Below are positions 60,309 to 64,000 of a DNA stretch of 64,000 bases, one piece after another. This stretch comes from an uncultured Eubacteriales bacterium (GTDB lineage Bacteria; Bacillota; Clostridia; Christensenellales; Borkfalkiaceae): the NCBI GenBank assembly GCA_949747905.1, contig CATKEF010000053.1, positions 135 to 64,134 of the forward strand, given 5' to 3'. Numbering within the stretch: position 1 is the stretch's first letter; every line of letters starts with the position of its first letter. The position numbers and the translations under genes were made by a program. The notes under the pieces were generated by a model. That model searched no databases. It worked only from the letters and a program-made list of their open reading frames with translations, and was not told where the DNA came from.

Positions 60309-60326
60309 ATACAATTATATGAGGAA
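60301..60326. repeat. perfect 11-bp inverted repeat around the start codon of the membrane-protein gene
   Basis: TTCCTCATATA-CAAT-TATATGAGGAA. The arms are exact reverse complements. Confidence 0.9.
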
Positions 60327-60770
60327 TGCAAAATTAATATGAACTGAGCATCTTATCTATTCCTATACCGTACCCACGCGTAGGGTCGTTGACAAATACG
60401 TGAGTAGATGTCAATAAGTTACAACCATTTTTTTAAAATATTTTGTCGTCCCGTGTCACTTTATGGGGATAAATTCGACCAAATACTTTATTAATAGATA
60501 TAAATCGACTTGAATGAGTTAAAGCAAGGAATTTATTACCTCAAACAACGCTCCGCATAAATTTATGCCACAGTTTGTAAGATGACAAAGCTATTTTTAG
60601 TAGCGTTCGCTCGAAACAATGTCGTTCTTATTTTACATCTAAAACGAACAGCAAGTCATATTCACCGCGAATATCTAAACAACATAATTCATAATCGATT
60701 TCAACATGAATGTCTTATTGGCTTTTATTATAACATAGTTTTAGTATTGTTACAAGCATTTAGAATTATA

Positions 60771-60808
60771 AAGCGCTCACAGTAAATACTGTGAGCGCTT
60801 TATAATTG
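60771..60808. terminator. 15-bp perfect hairpin downstream of the recombinase gene
   Basis: ATAAAGCGCTCACAG-TAAATA-CTGTGAGCGCTTTAT, 10 nt after the TAA stop at 60818-60820. Confidence 0.6.
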
Positions 60809-60817
60809 TATGATGAT

Positions 60818-62551
60818 TTACACAACTTTAACTTTTTCTTGAAAGACAATACTATCAAAAAAGTTTTTGTTGGTTTTGGCTTCTATGAGTTCTATTGCGT
60901 CCTTAAAGGCATCTTTAAAGTTGAACTCAATACTTATACCACCGTCTTTATCTACGTAAATCATATTAATTAATTCCTCAATCACGTTACGTGTTAAGAT
61001 TGTAATATTTTGATGCTTCTTAAATGTTTCTACAAAACTGTTCCCAGTTACAACATCAGAATTTGATTGAGTAAGATCAATGTTTAGTTGTGAGATTTTT
61101 GAGTCTAGTTCGGTAATCCTATCTGAGTATTGTTTTTTAAAATGAAAGTATTGGTCTTTTGTTATAATTTCATTTTTAAAGTCCATATACAAATCATTTT
61201 GGAATTTTAAGACCTTTTCTCGCTCAATCTCACAAGACTTTATTTCTTTTTTTAATCTTGATGATATTAGTTCGGTTGGCGAATTGTCTTTTATATCTTG
61301 TAAAAGCTTATCCATCTCAACTGCAATATATATATATTGTTGTATTACGGTTAAAACTATTTCATTTAGCTTATTTACCCTAACAGCATGTCTAGTGCAC
61401 TTTTTTCACTGTAAATAAGAGCCGCAGACAAAATAGTAAAAAGATATCCCTCTCTTTTTGTAACCGGTTTTCTGCATTGCGCGTCCGCAAGCGGCGCACT
61501 TAATATATCCCACGTAAATTGATCCTGTTTCTACTTCATCCTTTGATGTAAACTTGCTAGTATCTTTATGTTGCCAAGTATCACGAAGGAATCTTGCTTG
61601 GACTTTTTCAAAAGTAGCTTTATCAATGATTGCTTCATGTGTGCCTTCTTTAATAATATAATTATCTTGTGGAACGGGTACACTTTTCCTAATCTTATGA
61701 CTAATCGTTTGAGTTTTTCCTTGCACCATATCACCAACATACATTCGATTTTTTAACATTCGCCGAATTGTTTGAATGGTCCATCCAGAATACTCAGAAT
61801 CAAATATGAGCTTTTTATTGATTTTTAACCCTCTGCTTAATCTATAAGCAGTAGGATTTTGAATACCCAACTCATTTAAACGTTGCGTAATATTATAAAT
61901 GCTTACCCCATCTGCAAACATCCGAAAGATAAGACGTACATTTTCTGCCGTTTCTTCATTTATTATAAGTTTATGTCGGTCTTGGGGATCTTTCTCATAG
62001 CCATATAAGGCATAAGTACCAATATATTCGCCTCTCTTTCTTTTAGCATTAAAAGAACTGCGAATCTTACTTGAGATGTCTCGCGCATACTCATCGTTCA
62101 TTACATTTTTAAAAGAGACCGATGAATTTTTCATTGACTGCGGATTTTTATAGCTATCTATATTATCATTTACGGAAATAAAACGCAATTGAAGTAATGG
62201 AAATACCACTTCTAAGTAGCGTCCCGTTTCGTGATAATTACGACCGAATCGAGATAAATCCTTAACAATAAGGCAATTTACTTTACAAGTTTTTATATCT
62301 TCTAAAAGTCTTGTCATGTCTGGACGATTAAAATTTGTACCAGAATAACCGTCATCAGTATAAATGTCATATATATCGATATCTTGGTTTTTTTCTAGAT
62401 AGCGATCAATAATTTTACGTTGATTTATAATGCTATCGCTTTCAATTTTATCACCGTCTTCACGTGATAGCCTTAGATAGATACCACATCTCCAAATATT
62501 TGATTTTTCCGGCGAAAAAACGGATGTATCGTATTTACTTTGCCTGCCCAT
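60818..62551 (-). pseudogene. large serine recombinase interrupted by a single in-frame TGA (61406-61408); conceptual read-through product is 577 aa
   Basis: Resolvase catalytic domain (YLRLSREDGD), recombinase domain, and a zinc ribbon (CAACGR ... CGSYLQ-stop-KKCTRH). Hand translation shows ORFs 61406..62551 and 60818..61315 share one frame. The 90-nt gap between them encodes KKCTRHAVRVNKLNEIVLTVIQQYIYIAVE. Confidence 0.78.
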
Positions 62552-62553
62552 AT

Positions 62554-64000
62554 TTATATTGCCTCCACCAAGTTAACGCGTTCTTTAAGTTCATTTGTAG
62601 GTACAAAGTTGCTATCAGCAATGAGACTCTTGTTAGTGTTAATATAATCTACTGCTCTTTGGAAAGCATCTTGAAATTTAAATACTATTTCCACTCCTCC
62701 GCCTTCATAGACAAATATTATATCAACAAGGGCAATCAATAACTCTCTAGTCAACTTGTCAACGTGTTTAAATTTTACGAAGTTTTTTATAAAATCATTT
62801 GTACCATCGATACCTTCTTTTTCTTGTTCTAATATTTTAGTTAAGTTATCAATGTTAGCTTTAATTTCATTAATTTTCGTCTCATACTTTTCTTTAAGAC
62901 AAAGATATTGTGCTTTAGATATGAGTTCGTTCTTAAAATCAGGATATAAATCTAACAAGATATTTTCGATTTTCAATTTTTCTTTTTCTTTGGCTCTTAA
63001 TAATGCTTCTATTTTTGAATTAGATGCAGTTTTTTGCGGTGAAGAGTTTATTGATTCAATTAACTTTTCCATATCAATGGCCATTGAGATATATTTTGTA
63101 ATAACAGTATAAACAACTCTTTCAAGAACATCTGACCGTGTAGTGTGCCTAGTGCAGACCGCTTTTGTCTGCATATCATAAGTCGCACAGGTATAATAAT
63201 GATAGATATCACGAAATTCTTTATGTCCAGCTAACCTTTTCACCATTTGGCGTCCACAATCGGCACACCTTAGAAATCCAGAAAATAATGCAAGTTCTTT
63301 TGTCTTTTGAGAAACTCGCATATCTCGGTTAATTATTTGCTGCAAATTGAAAAAAAGTTGTTTATCGACAATTGCTTCGTGATGATTTTCTATGATCACC
63401 CATTTATCCGGGGGAGTTTTACGAATTTTTTTAAGCTTATGGCTTATTTTTTCGTGTACGCCTTGAACTAAGTCTCCCGTGTAAGTTCTATTTTTCAAAA
63501 TATTTTTTATAGTTTGAATATGCCAAAGCCCTCTTTCACCTATATCTTTTCGATAATTAAGATATTTTTCACTTTTATATTTTGCAGGGTTTGGAACTCC
63601 CAATTCATTTAACTTAAATGTTATCCAACGGTATGTTTTCCCCTCTGCGAACCATTGAAATATCTGCTTTATTACTTCGGCTGCTATGGGATCAAGCAAT
63701 AATTTGCCTCTATTAACTGGATCTCTCTCATATCCATATAAAGCAAATCCGCAGAGATATTCTCCATTCTCAAATTTAGCAACAAAGGTGCTTCGAATTT
63801 TTTTAGAAATATCACGACAATACTCCTCATTCATAACATTCTTGAATGATACCGAAATATTATCCATTGAACTGGGAAATATATGGCTATCAATATTGTC
63901 ATTTATAGAAATAAATCGAACGTTCATTACAGGAAAAAATATATCTAAATACTGTCCTGCTTCTAAGTAATTTCTGCCAAAACGTGATAAATCCTTAACT
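62554..64000 (-). CDS. large serine recombinase, N-terminus off-window
   Basis: The frame stays open upstream of the ORF-track Met. Nt 63928-63999 read VKDLSRFGRNYLEAGQYLDIFFPV, parallel to the paralog. Recombinase domain, zinc ribbon (CADCGR ... CATYDMQTKAVCTRH) and coiled-coil C-terminus are present. Confidence 0.85.
   Translation of the reverse strand, partial: VKDLSRFGRNYLEAGQYLDIFFPVMNVRFISINDNIDSHIFPSSMDNISVSFKNVMNEEYCRDISKKIRSTFVAKFENGEYLCGFALYGYERDPVNRGKLLLDPIAAEVIKQIFQWFAEGKTYRWITFKLNELGVPNPAKYKSEKYLNYRKDIGERGLWHIQTIKNILKNRTYTGDLVQGVHEKISHKLKKIRKTPPDKWVIIENHHEAIVDKQLFFNLQQIINRDMRVSQKTKELALFSGFLRCADCGRQMVKRLAGHKEFRDIYHYYTCATYDMQTKAVCTRHTTRSDVLERVVYTVITKYISMAIDMEKLIESINSSPQKTASNSKIEALLRAKEKEKLKIENILLDLYPDFKNELISKAQYLCLKEKYETKINEIKANIDNLTKILEQEKEGIDGTNDFIKNFVKFKHVDKLTRELLIALVDIIFVYEGGGVEIVFKFQDAFQRAVDYINTNKSLIADSNFVPTNELKERVNLVEAI

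Larger units (their letters stand above)
60400..64000 (-). mobile_element. left end of a putative integrated element carrying tandem large serine recombinases (left boundary approximate; continues off-window)
   Basis: Visible shift to AT-rich composition and A/T-ending codons, two paralogous serine recombinase genes, and non-coding junction DNA at 60327-60817. Confidence 0.5.

Noticed and set aside
60582-60785. 67-aa ORF in the junction region
   Set aside because: It has no Shine-Dalgarno sequence, runs into the recombinase terminator hairpin, and its product is AT-driven low-complexity sequence.
61406-61408. TGA in the recombinase read as selenocysteine, or as a sign of an alternative genetic code (TGA = Trp/Gly)
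   Set aside because: glgP ends with TGA (8731-8733) at the position expected for the phosphorylase C-terminus, so TGA is a normal stop here. I could find no convincing SECIS-like hairpin in the 40 nt after the TGA. The paralog has an ordinary residue, not Cys, in this area.

Overview
This window looks like chromosome from a spore-forming Clostridia-class Firmicute. About 60 kb is densely packed housekeeping DNA, and the right edge is an AT-rich accessory segment. All product calls come from motif recognition by eye, because no homology search or RNA folding was possible.

Gene content from left to right:
- htpG 3' end, then a glgB-glgC-glgD-glgA-glgP glycogen operon.
- A Xer-like tyrosine recombinase, lexA, a CDF metal exporter and tRNA-Thr(GGU).
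- A long minus-strand block: dnaE-pfkA-pfkB, whiA, a PHP phosphatase, murB, yebC, a TrmH methyltransferase, and thrS (T-box leader) followed by infC-rpmI-rplT (L20-type leader, ATT start).
- leuS, an orphan acpP, tex and two DNA-repair glycosylase-type genes.
- An M16 peptidase, a PdaB-like deacetylase, mutS2, a U32 peptidase, a Cof hydrolase and uvrC.
- A copA/arsR metal module, then asnS plus an asparaginase.
- pta-ackA-yceD-rpmF, tmcAL and rluB.
- A sporulation and segregation block: dacB, ytfJ, ytfI, scpB, scpA, an M50 protease, lysA and a second dac gene.

From about 60.4 kb the composition becomes AT-rich. Two tandem paralogous large serine recombinase genes follow. The downstream copy is split by one in-frame TGA and the upstream copy runs off the window, so this is probably the edge of an integrated element whose cargo lies beyond 64000.

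I see no complete, clearly novel multi-gene system inside the window. The observations most worth follow-up are the recombinase edge and junction, an unannotated eight-cysteine 54-codon ORF divergent from lexA, and a consensus promoter nested in a perfect inverted repeat at copA.
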